64,000 bases of DNA. It comes from Candidatus Doudnabacteria bacterium (GTDB lineage: Bacteria > Patescibacteriota > Doudnabacteria > UBA920 > 2-01-FULL-46-14). Of the stretch, positions 55,965 to 64,000 are shown in pieces (within the stretch, counting starts at the first letter, position 1; every line of letters starts with the position of its first letter). Location: NCBI GenBank assembly GCA_041497195.1, contig JBGQGB010000001.1, positions 213,504 through 277,503 of the forward strand, given 5' to 3'. Made by a program: the position numbers and the translations under genes. The notes under the pieces were generated by a model, which had not been told where the DNA came from, ran no database searches, and was given only the letters and a program-made list of their open reading frames with translations.

Positions 55965-56958
55965 TGAAAATCTTACTTACTGCGCTTTTCAGGTCGCGGG
56001 CATAAAAATTCGGCTCCAGTTTTAGATCTCTAGGCATGGGGGGACCCAGCTTAATCGTGTTTGCATTGACCTCACGGCCCATAACAATATCCGCAGGTCC
56101 ATCTCCAATCACCCAACTATGATTGAGGTTCAAATGAAAATCTTTTACTGCCTGCATGATGAGTACTGTCCCTGGTTTCCGGCAATCGCAGTGATCAGCG
56201 GGTTTGTGTGGACAAATATAAATGGCATCGAGCCGGATACCCCGCATGCGGAGTTCCCGCTTCATGTGTTGGTGAAGTTTTATGGTGTGGCTTTTCGGAA
56301 AATAGCCGCGACCGATGCCAGATTGATTGGTAATCACAATGATTTTATACTCCGATTTACTGAGTCTCTTTAGGGCCTGGGGAGTGCCGGGTACGAATTC
56401 GAAGTCTTCGATTTTGTGAATGTATCCCCGTTTATTTAAATTAATCGTTCCGTCTCTATCAAGGAAGACAGCTCGAGGCGAGGAGCTGGCATTTGCGTTT
56501 TTGAATTTTTTTATCAAATTCGAAGTTGAGTAGCCTAGCTTCAATTTTATTACCGCGACGCGGCCACCGTATCTCTCAACGGTAGCGCGTTCAATGCAAT
56601 TTTTTCCCCAGTCCGACCCGTTTGCGTGAATCGCCGGGCGTACAACAGACAAAATTATTTTTGGGTTGATCTCGTCAAACAAACACACATAATCAACGCA
56701 CTCCAAAGCCGCAAGCAAAACCGCACGGGCGTTCTGGTCAAGAATCGGCCGCTGCGACCCTTTATAGCTTCTGACTGACTTATCGCTATTCAAAAGAACC
56801 GCGAGCCGATCGCCTTGGGCCCTGGCTTGGCGCAACAACTCCAAATGGCCGGGGTGCAGAATATCAAAACTCCCGTTCACGGTGACCAGCTTTTGTTTCT
56901 GGTTTTTCATTTGACGGGAGATGGCGGCTAACTGCTTTCTGGATCTAAACTTTTTCAT
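55948..56958 (-). CDS. hldC: fusion of D-beta-D-heptose-1-phosphate adenylyltransferase (HldE domain II/HldC) and D,D-heptose-1,7-bisphosphate phosphatase (GmhB)
   Basis: N-half: LVTVNGSFDILHPGHLELLRQARAQGDRLAVLLNSD..GYSTSNLIKK (cytidylyltransferase-like). C-half: LDRDGTIN..., ITNQSGIGRGYF and CDCRKP (HAD/GmhB). The start is set at MKKFRSRKQ. Confidence 0.75.
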   Translation of the reverse strand: MKKFRSRKQLAAISRQMKNQKQKLVTVNGSFDILHPGHLELLRQARAQGDRLAVLLNSDKSVRSYKGSQRPILDQNARAVLLAALECVDYVCLFDEINPKIILSVVRPAIHANGSDWGKNCIERATVERYGGRVAVIKLKLGYSTSNLIKKFKNANASSSPRAVFLDRDGTINLNKRGYIHKIEDFEFVPGTPQALKRLSKSEYKIIVITNQSGIGRGYFPKSHTIKLHQHMKRELRMRGIRLDAIYICPHKPADHCDCRKPGTVLIMQAVKDFHLNLNHSWVIGDGPADIVMGREVNANTIKLGPPMPRDLKLEPNFYARDLKSAVSKIFNVGAK

Positions 56959-58264
56959 AATCGCCGAGGTTGATTTTTTTGCTTTCTTCAAAACGATTAG
57001 TATCAGCTTCCTCGTGATGTGTACTGATCTCCAAAATTTCCGAGTTCTCCATTCCCGTGAAACGGTGTACGGTCCCTGGAGGGATCCGAATATAATTATT
57101 CTCCCGGAGATGCAAAACTTTGTCACCTAGCTCCAAACGAACATGCCCTTTGGTGATGAGAAACATCTCATCTTTCACCTTGTGGGAGTGCAGACTGCAT
57201 TGATACCCTTTATTCAAAGACAGCAATTTGGAGCAATATTTGTCGTTATTTTCAAGCCACTTTTCAAATCCCCAAACCTTTGGAACAACTTCCACAGCGC
57301 TCACATCATGGTGAGAGACGAGAGCTGACAGTAATTCTTCAGCTGAGAGAGTGGCAGTACCAAATTTTTGCACGACTATTTCACCCGCCAAATTTCCTAA
57401 ATGGGCCGCCTCTGCCAAGTTCAAGTCGCACACCATGCCCAAAGCCACTACCGCGACAACCGTATCTCCCGCGCCGCTGACGTCAAATACTTTGACTTTT
57501 CTCGAGGGTAAATGCTTCGCCGGTTTTGCTTTTTCGAAAACATAAATTCCGTTTTCTCCCATGGTCAAAACTACAGATGCATTGAAATCTTTGACTAATT
57601 GCGGGCCAATTTCTTCGAGAGTAATGGAACCGGTCATTTCCATACCTTCTTTTACGTTTGGCGTTATCACGTCAACGCCATAAAAAATTTTTTTATTGCT
57701 TGGCTTGAGGTCGGCAACGATTAACTTGTGGCCTTTTTTCCCCAGCTTGATGATCTCCGCCACCGCCCGTTCGGACAAAGCCCCTTTCGCATAGTCGGAA
57801 AAAATTATCGCCTCGCAGGCTGGCAGCAGCCGTTTGACTGTTGTAATCAGCCGATCCTCCTCGTCCGTATCCAAAGACTTCACAACCTCGTCATCAACGC
57901 GGAGAAGCTGATGGCCAGCTGCCACTAGCCGATGCTTCAAAATTGTCGGACGAGTGGTGAAATCCAGAACGCCAGCGGCAGAAATCCGATTCTTCTTCAA
58001 TAATTCGAGAATCTTGGTTTTCCTTGAATCGTCCCCAACAAAACCACAGAGAGTAACGCGGGCGCCCAAGGCCGCTGCATTATTGGCCACATTTGCCGCC
58101 CCTCCCAACACAAAATTTTCCTCTAATTTATGCAGTATCGGGACCGGGGCTTCGGGCGACATACGTGTTACTTCGCCATAGGTGTACTGGTCGAGCATGA
58201 TGTCGCCGACTACTAAAATCCCTTTTCCGGCAAATTGTTTGATGGCGCGGCGCAGATGTTCCAT
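56945..58264 (-). CDS. hldA: D-beta-D-heptose-7-phosphate kinase (HldE domain I/HldA, PfkB family) fused to a C-terminal phosphomannose-isomerase type II-like cupin domain
   Basis: N-terminus ILVVGDIMLDQYTYGEVTRMSPEAPVPIL...GGAANVANN...GFVGDD, and a GAGD motif later. The C-terminal roughly 115 aa (VPKVWGFEKWL...SLHSHKVKDEMFLITKGHVRLE...YIRIPPGTVHRF..ILEIS..EEADTNRFE) matches the cupin PMI domain of ManC/AlgA-type enzymes. Confidence 0.75.
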   Translation of the reverse strand: MEHLRRAIKQFAGKGILVVGDIMLDQYTYGEVTRMSPEAPVPILHKLEENFVLGGAANVANNAAALGARVTLCGFVGDDSRKTKILELLKKNRISAAGVLDFTTRPTILKHRLVAAGHQLLRVDDEVVKSLDTDEEDRLITTVKRLLPACEAIIFSDYAKGALSERAVAEIIKLGKKGHKLIVADLKPSNKKIFYGVDVITPNVKEGMEMTGSITLEEIGPQLVKDFNASVVLTMGENGIYVFEKAKPAKHLPSRKVKVFDVSGAGDTVVAVVALGMVCDLNLAEAAHLGNLAGEIVVQKFGTATLSAEELLSALVSHHDVSAVEVVPKVWGFEKWLENNDKYCSKLLSLNKGYQCSLHSHKVKDEMFLITKGHVRLELGDKVLHLRENNYIRIPPGTVHRFTGMENSEILEISTHHEEADTNRFEESKKINLGDYEKV

Positions 58265-58277
58265 AGGTTTTTAAATT

Positions 58278-59414
58278 CTATTTTATTTTTCGAGAGGAGT
58301 CAATGCTCGCCAAGATGTGCAGTACTCGTTCCTGCCATGAATACTGCCATACGAAATTCCGGTTTTCTGAAAAATCTCGGGCTTGGGCTCGGCGGATTGC
58401 TTGTGCCAAAGCCACGGGGTCGTCCGGACGAGTAAACTCAACCTGGGACTTAGAAACAATTTCCCGCACCGAGGGCAAATCGGCAGCCACGATTGGTCGT
58501 CCTATGGCTAAATACTCAAACAGTTTCAAGGGTGAGGTATACAAACTGGATATTTCAGCTTTTGCAGAATTGGGCAAAACCAAAACATCGGCCGCGTTCA
58601 GGTACTGAGGAATTTTGTCATAGGAGATATGGCCAACCAACATGATATTGCCGGGCTGGTGCAGTTTTTCCCCCAGATATTTTTTAAAAGCGCTCATCTC
58701 GTGGGGTGAACCGCCGACCAAAACAAATAAATAATCATCCGCAAAACTCCGCGCTGCTTCAGCCAGAACATACACTCCCTTCCAAGCAAAAAAATTCCCA
58801 GTATACATGATGATCTGTTTGTCCTGCGGCAGTCCAAGCTGTTGCCGACTATGGGTTTTCGATTCAGTTATCTGGAACTGTTTGAGGTCAACCCCGTCGG
58901 GTAAAACAATAATTTTTTCTGCCGGATAGCCCAATCGTTCCAAAGCTTCCCGCAGGCCGTGGCTGATCACAACAATTCGCTGTAAACGCTTGGCCAACGG
59001 CTGGACGCTGCGCCGAATGGTGCGTGAAATATTGTGCACTTCCAAAAACACCGGCGCTCCGGGCGGAAACCCGCGCGCTGATAATTCGTCGCGGGTATAG
59101 ATCAAATCGGACTGATGGTGTCCCAGATACCTGCGGACTGCTCTGGCAAATGACCAGCTCTGCAAAACGCTCAAGAGCTTCGGAATCAAATCGCTCCACC
59201 GGATCAAATCCAAAGTCGGCAGATACACTATCTCAAACGAGGGCTTGAGCCCATAGTATACAAAAGCGTTACCAGCAATATGAGAGACCCGACGCGGGAC
59301 TATCAATACTACCTCGTGATTAAGGTTGGCAAAAGCTTCGCACATTTTCATGATTTGAACGCCGTGGGCTTTCTCCGTGGGAATACGGGCATTGGCAATA
59401 TAAAATATTTTCAT
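58278..59414 (-). CDS. glycosyltransferase family 4
   Basis: GT-B group 1 layout. The C-terminal domain has the conserved acidic EX7E-like region. Confidence 0.65.
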   Translation of the reverse strand: MKIFYIANARIPTEKAHGVQIMKMCEAFANLNHEVVLIVPRRVSHIAGNAFVYYGLKPSFEIVYLPTLDLIRWSDLIPKLLSVLQSWSFARAVRRYLGHHQSDLIYTRDELSARGFPPGAPVFLEVHNISRTIRRSVQPLAKRLQRIVVISHGLREALERLGYPAEKIIVLPDGVDLKQFQITESKTHSRQQLGLPQDKQIIMYTGNFFAWKGVYVLAEAARSFADDYLFVLVGGSPHEMSAFKKYLGEKLHQPGNIMLVGHISYDKIPQYLNAADVLVLPNSAKAEISSLYTSPLKLFEYLAIGRPIVAADLPSVREIVSKSQVEFTRPDDPVALAQAIRRAQARDFSENRNFVWQYSWQERVLHILASIDSSRKIK

Positions 59415-59419
59415 GATTC

Positions 59420-60478
59420 TTAATTCAAGTTTAATTGAAACAAAAGCTCCTGACCAATGGCAAGGGGAGTGAATTTTTGAGTGTAAAGCTCGTAGGTATT
59501 CTGCGCCAATGTCTCACGAAGAGCCTGATCGTCGCGAAGGGACAATATCGCTTCTGCCAATGCGCGCGGATCTGCTGGCGCGCAAGTTATCAGGGTTCCG
59601 CTCGGAAATGCCTCCCTGATTGCCGGGGTGTCGGCCGTGATGACTGGCTTGCGGCATGCAACGGCTTCAAAAATTTTATTCGGTACGACTAGCGCGGTTT
59701 TTTTATTCTTTCCAAAAACCCCCAAACAGAGATCAGCCTGGTTCAGAGCGTCAGCTAGCCCGTGATAATCAGTCTCCGGAAAAAACACTATATTGTGAAG
59801 TTGTAATTGTTGGGCCTGGACTTTCAAACTTCGATATTGACTATTAAACCGGGTAATCAGATGAAATTCTATGTCTGGCCTTGATTGGAGCAATGCCGCG
59901 GCCTGCAAAATTGTCTCTGCCCCGTGGAAAGGAACAATATGTCCGTGCCAGTGCACGACAAATTTGGAAAGGCTTGTTGTCGGCGAAGGTCGTGCCCGAG
60001 GAAAAAAAATTTCATTATCTGCTCCCACCAGAACCCGAATAAATTTTTGGGGGGAAAGGTGGTATTGGGTGACGAAATAATCTATCTGTACTTGGGTATC
60101 CAGAAGCACCCGGTAAGCCAAGTTGCAAGCGGATTTTTCCAAACATCGCAGGTACCAGCTCCGCCACCCGTTCCGCGGCGACCGAGCCCGATCCTCAATC
60201 TCAGTCAAATAGAGAGACACAAACGCATCTAGAACCACTGGTTTTTTAGTCAGCAACCGGGCAAACCACATCAATGAATAGCCGGCCATGCCGACCAGCA
60301 AAACATCGTAGGAATTTTTCAGCCTGCGATGCTGCCGATACAAACCCCAATATTTTGCGAAGCCGCGGCGGCGGGTTTGACATTCGACGATATGGACGCC
60401 ATTTGCCGTCAAGCCTTTCTTCAGCACCACAATGCGCGGGTAATCGGGAATATAATTTCCAAAAAAACAGATGGTCAT
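59420..60478 (-). CDS. glycosyltransferase family 4-like
   Basis: GT-B group 1-like, 352 aa. Confidence 0.6.
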   Translation of the reverse strand: MTICFFGNYIPDYPRIVVLKKGLTANGVHIVECQTRRRGFAKYWGLYRQHRRLKNSYDVLLVGMAGYSLMWFARLLTKKPVVLDAFVSLYLTEIEDRARSPRNGWRSWYLRCLEKSACNLAYRVLLDTQVQIDYFVTQYHLSPQKFIRVLVGADNEIFFPRARPSPTTSLSKFVVHWHGHIVPFHGAETILQAAALLQSRPDIEFHLITRFNSQYRSLKVQAQQLQLHNIVFFPETDYHGLADALNQADLCLGVFGKNKKTALVVPNKIFEAVACRKPVITADTPAIREAFPSGTLITCAPADPRALAEAILSLRDDQALRETLAQNTYELYTQKFTPLAIGQELLFQLNLN

Positions 60479-61392
60479 GACAAAATCCGTTGCTTTAGGA
60501 TCCTAATACCCTCAAACCAATATTCTTCCCGACGAGGCCTTGTGTAATGCTTGACTACCGTATTTTGATCGACTCTGCCGCGAATGAAATATGTTTGCTT
60601 GTCGAGCGCCTGGATGCGGTTGTGGCGGCTTAAAACATACGCATGACCAGCCTGTTCAAAGAAATATAAATCACTTTGCGGACCAATTTTTTGGCAAAAT
60701 TCCTCCAAATCCGCTAATTGATAGTCCTGTTTTGCATAGCCGATTATCCCGGCGTTTAAAGTGGCAATATCGGCGGGAAATTTATTGTCTGCAAAAACAA
60801 AATTCATAGGCACGCGGCCGGCCAAAAAAAACGGGTGCGTTTGTTTATGAAGGAGGTCGAGAATTTCCGTAGGCGTGCGAAACCACAAAACATCGGTATC
60901 CAAAAGCAGACGCGCGGATGCTGGGGAGACAAAATATGGATCAACTAACTTGGTGGCAAAAACGACTTTTTGGTTTTGCCGAAACGAACGGGCATAAGGC
61001 GAGTTTTTAAGCCAAATTTCCAAAGCTTGTGTTGTCGCCCATTCATAATCAATAATTTCCGCCTGCGGAAATAATTTCGCGACAATTTTTCTATCCTCTT
61101 CAGAAAAACTCCCATCTTCGTGAATATAGACCCGACCTGACTGCAAAACAACCTGATACCATGATGCGAGCGACCAGAGCAGCATGTCGAGGTCTGTATG
61201 GGAGCAGAGAAAGTGAATGGAATAACTGGGGTCGAAGCTGGCCTGATCGAGCGGGTGCTCTAGAGTTCTGATCTTTGGGCCGAGGAAAAAACGATAATAA
61301 GCATAGGACAGAGGGCGGCGGTAGTGGAAAAAAACACGATAAAGATAGCGCAATTCTTGGTAAAAACGAAGTTTTTTTATAGAATTTTTCAT
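60475..61392 (-). CDS. hypothetical protein, possible GT-A-fold nucleotide-sugar transferase (DxD: LLDTDVLW)
   Basis: Context between GT4 genes with ATGA overlaps. It has a DxD-like motif only. Confidence 0.3.
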   Translation of the reverse strand: MKNSIKKLRFYQELRYLYRVFFHYRRPLSYAYYRFFLGPKIRTLEHPLDQASFDPSYSIHFLCSHTDLDMLLWSLASWYQVVLQSGRVYIHEDGSFSEEDRKIVAKLFPQAEIIDYEWATTQALEIWLKNSPYARSFRQNQKVVFATKLVDPYFVSPASARLLLDTDVLWFRTPTEILDLLHKQTHPFFLAGRVPMNFVFADNKFPADIATLNAGIIGYAKQDYQLADLEEFCQKIGPQSDLYFFEQAGHAYVLSRHNRIQALDKQTYFIRGRVDQNTVVKHYTRPRREEYWFEGIRILKQRILS

Positions 61393-62474
61393 CCAGAAAA
61401 CTCCTTCCCTATTCGTTTCACCAAGTTTTCAAGATTATGCTCCGCTTCCACCCAAAAACGCAGTTTCTCAGTTAATTTCTCTCGTTCACTAAGCGGTAAA
61501 TTCTTAAGATACAAAATTTTCCCAGCCAAATCATTAGGGTTATTACTTTCAAATAACAGCAACGGAGAAATTTTTTTCAGGGGCTGGAGGAATGCTTCGT
61601 TTGAAGTAAGTACCAAAGTCCCCGAGGCGGCTGCTTCCAAAACGGATTTATCCATACTCCCGGTCTGGCTCAAATTAACAAACAAATCACCTTCTCGATA
61701 TTGCTCCTGCACCTGCTCGTAATTTTGTTTCCCTTTAAATTCCACAATTCCCTCCAGACCAGTCTCGCGGACGAGTGCCACCAGTGAATCAAAATAAGAT
61801 TGCTGCGTGGGCAAGCCCAGGCCGCCGTAAATGTCAATCTTCAAATTTTTTTCTCCCTGATCGCGTAAAATCTTGGCGGCTTTGATCAAAATTTCATAAC
61901 TTTTGACTGGGCTAATCCGACCTATACTCACTATCCGAAAATCTGGCGATTGTTTTTTCGAGACTGGATGAAATTTCTCTAAATCAATGCCGTGACCAAC
62001 GACTTTAACTTTGTGGGAAGTGAGGCGAAAACTCTCCTTTGAAGCCGTCAAAACTGCGTCAACGAGCCAGGTTGCGAGTCGCAATTTTAGATCGACTGAT
62101 TTATGTGTATACCAGAGAACCATTTTGGCGCCTTTTTTGCCGAACAACTTCAGCAAAGGCCAAGCTGCAATGGCATAGATTGGGTGCATGTGAATAAAAA
62201 TTCCGTCTGCTCCGGGGAGCAATTCTCTCAAATACCTCCAATAATTCAGAAGTTCTCTGCTGCGTGATTTTCCTTTCTCTTTGCCCATGGAATAAACGGT
62301 CGCATTAGCCGGAAGGCCAGAATCGTCGCCACACTCCAAACAAATGATTTCAATACGTGCGACTGCGACCGAAAGCTTTTCCAACCACATAAAAACAAAC
62401 CCTGTCCGGGCATCTCCTCGATCGATTTTGCGCGTCACAAAAATTAGCTTCATCGGTGCACTACCTCTTTCCAA
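61389..62474 (-). CDS. glycosyltransferase family 4
   Basis: GRISPVKSYEIL...TGSMDKSVLEAAASGTLVLTSNE. Confidence 0.7.
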   Translation of the reverse strand: MERGSAPMKLIFVTRKIDRGDARTGFVFMWLEKLSVAVARIEIICLECGDDSGLPANATVYSMGKEKGKSRSRELLNYWRYLRELLPGADGIFIHMHPIYAIAAWPLLKLFGKKGAKMVLWYTHKSVDLKLRLATWLVDAVLTASKESFRLTSHKVKVVGHGIDLEKFHPVSKKQSPDFRIVSIGRISPVKSYEILIKAAKILRDQGEKNLKIDIYGGLGLPTQQSYFDSLVALVRETGLEGIVEFKGKQNYEQVQEQYREGDLFVNLSQTGSMDKSVLEAAASGTLVLTSNEAFLQPLKKISPLLLFESNNPNDLAGKILYLKNLPLSEREKLTEKLRFWVEAEHNLENLVKRIGKEFSG

Positions 62475-63535
62475 AAATTAACAATCGACTCGATTGCTCT
62501 ATCGTTATCGACTCTGATGGTTTGCTCTGCCTTGAACCCCAATTGCCTGGCCAAATCAGGATTGCCCAAAAGCTCGAGTATTGCTGCTGTTAATGCTTCG
62601 GCCTCGTTGATCGGAACTAGTATGCCATTTTCATGATCTCGGATGAGAGTACCGGGACCGGCCGTCAGTGTGGCAACAACAGGCTTGCCTGAAGCAGCGG
62701 CTTCTACAATCACTTTCCCATAACTTTCCACTGTTGAGGGAAGGACGAGAAAATTGCAGGCCGCATAATAATCGCGCAACTCCTGGGAAGAAAAAGTGCC
62801 TAAAAAATTGACTCGTTTGAGCTCCTGAGCTTGTTTGACGAGTTTTAATTTTTCCGAACCGTCACCTAAGACCAAAAGTCGGGCAGTTGGCGACCTGTCC
62901 TCGACCGCGCGCCAGCTTTTCAGCAACAAAGAAACATTTTTTTCCGGTTCCAAGCGGCCTACATATAAAACCAAACTTTCCTGCGGGAAGAGCTTCAAGA
63001 TTTTTTCCCCGTCCCCGTTAGCAACCTTTTGGGCATCCACTGGCGTTGGTAAAACAAAAATTGTTCCCGGGTCAAAACCTAGCGCATTCAGTTTCCGCTG
63101 CTGAGGCGGAGTATTGACCTTGATAGCATCAGCGCGACGCAAATTGCTCTCTCCTATTTTCAATTTGAGCGGGTGAGCATACCCCCAAAAATCACCGTGT
63201 AGATTGATAATCAATTTGGCCCGAGGGTGATATCTCCGAAACCACCTCGCTAAAATTGCCGTCCAGAAAGGGTCCTGGGCCAGAAAAATATCATAATGAT
63301 TCTGCCGGGCCAGGCCCCTACCTATCCCGTAAGCCACAAAAAAACGCACCAGCTTGCTGCCTCCGGGACTGGGATATGTCCTGAGTTTTCCCAAATTCCA
63401 GGAGCGGCCATCAGTCAAAACAATATCATCAATCTGCCCGGCTAAGGCTGCATACTTTTGGTGCCGCAGGAGGGCCTCAGCGTCCTCAACCGGCCCTACC
63501 AGGCTCGGGTCCAGGCTAAACATCAAAATCTTCAT
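62450..63535 (-). CDS. glycosyltransferase family 4
   Basis: GRLEPEKNVSLLL...ESYGKVIVEAAASGKPVVAT. Confidence 0.7.
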   Translation of the reverse strand: MKILMFSLDPSLVGPVEDAEALLRHQKYAALAGQIDDIVLTDGRSWNLGKLRTYPSPGGSKLVRFFVAYGIGRGLARQNHYDIFLAQDPFWTAILARWFRRYHPRAKLIINLHGDFWGYAHPLKLKIGESNLRRADAIKVNTPPQQRKLNALGFDPGTIFVLPTPVDAQKVANGDGEKILKLFPQESLVLYVGRLEPEKNVSLLLKSWRAVEDRSPTARLLVLGDGSEKLKLVKQAQELKRVNFLGTFSSQELRDYYAACNFLVLPSTVESYGKVIVEAAASGKPVVATLTAGPGTLIRDHENGILVPINEAEALTAAILELLGNPDLARQLGFKAEQTIRVDNDRAIESIVNFWKEVVHR

Positions 63536-64000
63536 AAAAGCCTCCCGAGGGAGACGATGGTGTCATTGACCATTCTGTCAAAACCAAACTTTTCCTGAAC
63601 CAAGGTTTTTCCGTTTCTGATGATATGCTTGCGCAAACCCTCGTCATGCAAAAATCGCAAAATTTCTCGTTCAAATACTGCCAAATCATTGTAGGGAAAC
63701 AATAAACCAGTGAGGCCTGCCTGAACAATCTCACGATTGCCGCCCACGTCCGAAACCAACACCGGAGTTCCCGCAGCCAAGCTCTCCAAAATCACGTGCG
63801 AAAGGCCTTCCCAAGAGGAATTCAAAACGAACAAATCAGCGGCGGCGATATACTCGGCAGTCTCAGTTTGAGAAAGCCGGCCGGTCAGACGGACGTGATT
63901 TTGCAAACCTAGTTTTTCGATCAGCGCTTTGAGCCTGCCTTCCTCCTGCCCCTCGCCGACAATCACCAAGTATAAATCAGGAATTTTATCCCGAAGGCGG
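63532..64000 (-). CDS. glycosyltransferase family 4, C-terminal part only (5' end beyond window edge)
   Basis: SSWEGLSHVILESLAAGTPVLVSDVGGNREIV. The reading frame stays open to the window end. Confidence 0.65.
   Translation of the reverse strand, partial: RLRDKIPDLYLVIVGEGQEEGRLKALIEKLGLQNHVRLTGRLSQTETAEYIAAADLFVLNSSWEGLSHVILESLAAGTPVLVSDVGGNREIVQAGLTGLLFPYNDLAVFEREILRFLHDEGLRKHIIRNGKTLVQEKFGFDRMVNDTIVSLGRLL

Noticed and set aside
1-64000. CRISPR arrays, integrase/transposase genes, rRNA genes, toxin-antitoxin or restriction-modification modules
   Set aside because: I scanned ORF translations and intergenic DNA for regular direct repeats, DDE/tyrosine-recombinase motifs and rRNA-like sequence and found none. 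The many methyltransferases lack DNA-MTase motifs (no DPPY/NPPY, no cognate endonuclease) and sit in a carbohydrate context.

Overview
This 64-kb window comes from a moderately low-GC bacterial genome with tightly packed genes and many 1-14 nt start/stop overlaps. My gene starts are therefore often later than the starts given in the ORF track. There are four blocks. (1) 1-6.3 kb holds tRNA-Arg(TCT), a small membrane protein, zwf, gnd, a cyclase-family protein, holA, an excisionase-type HTH gene, tRNA-Arg(TCG), a GC-rich single-domain NDP-hexose 2,3-dehydratase-like gene and tRNA-Lys(CTT). tRNA-end fragments near these tRNAs suggest old integration or rearrangement scars. (2) 7.2-15.2 kb is a type IV pilus operon on the minus strand: pilB, pilC, a major pilin, a pseudopilin, a 453-aa repeat protein, pilM, pilN, pilO and a small membrane protein. 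(3) Immediately next to the pilus operon, a Wzy_C/O-antigen-ligase-like protein with TPR repeats sits divergently from an initiating polyprenyl-phosphate sugar phosphotransferase. (4) From about 17.8 kb to the window end (about 46 kb) is one very large glycan-biosynthesis island. It contains eleven glycosyltransferases (seven GT4, three GT2, one GT9) and a Wzx flippase. It has GtrA/GtrB-like polyprenol-P-sugar machinery, a YfhO-like protein and two paralogous 676-aa polytopic membrane proteins. Eight SAM methyltransferases are present, one of them a sugar C-methyltransferase. Sugar-modifying enzymes include dTDP-glucose 4,6-dehydratase, CDP-glucose synthase and dehydratase, a TPP-dependent acetolactate-synthase-like enzyme, two DegT aminotransferases, a PseB/PseC/NeuB-like nonulosonic acid module with a formyltransferase, and GMC and Gfo/Idh/MocA oxidoreductases. 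A complete ADP-heptose pathway is present but has no SIS-type GmhA. Instead, the heptose kinase is fused to a phosphomannose-isomerase type II-like cupin domain, which I flag as a candidate non-orthologous isomerase. No CRISPR array, integrase, transposase or rRNA was seen. All functional calls rest on motif-level reading of the translated ORFs and are inferences without database searches.
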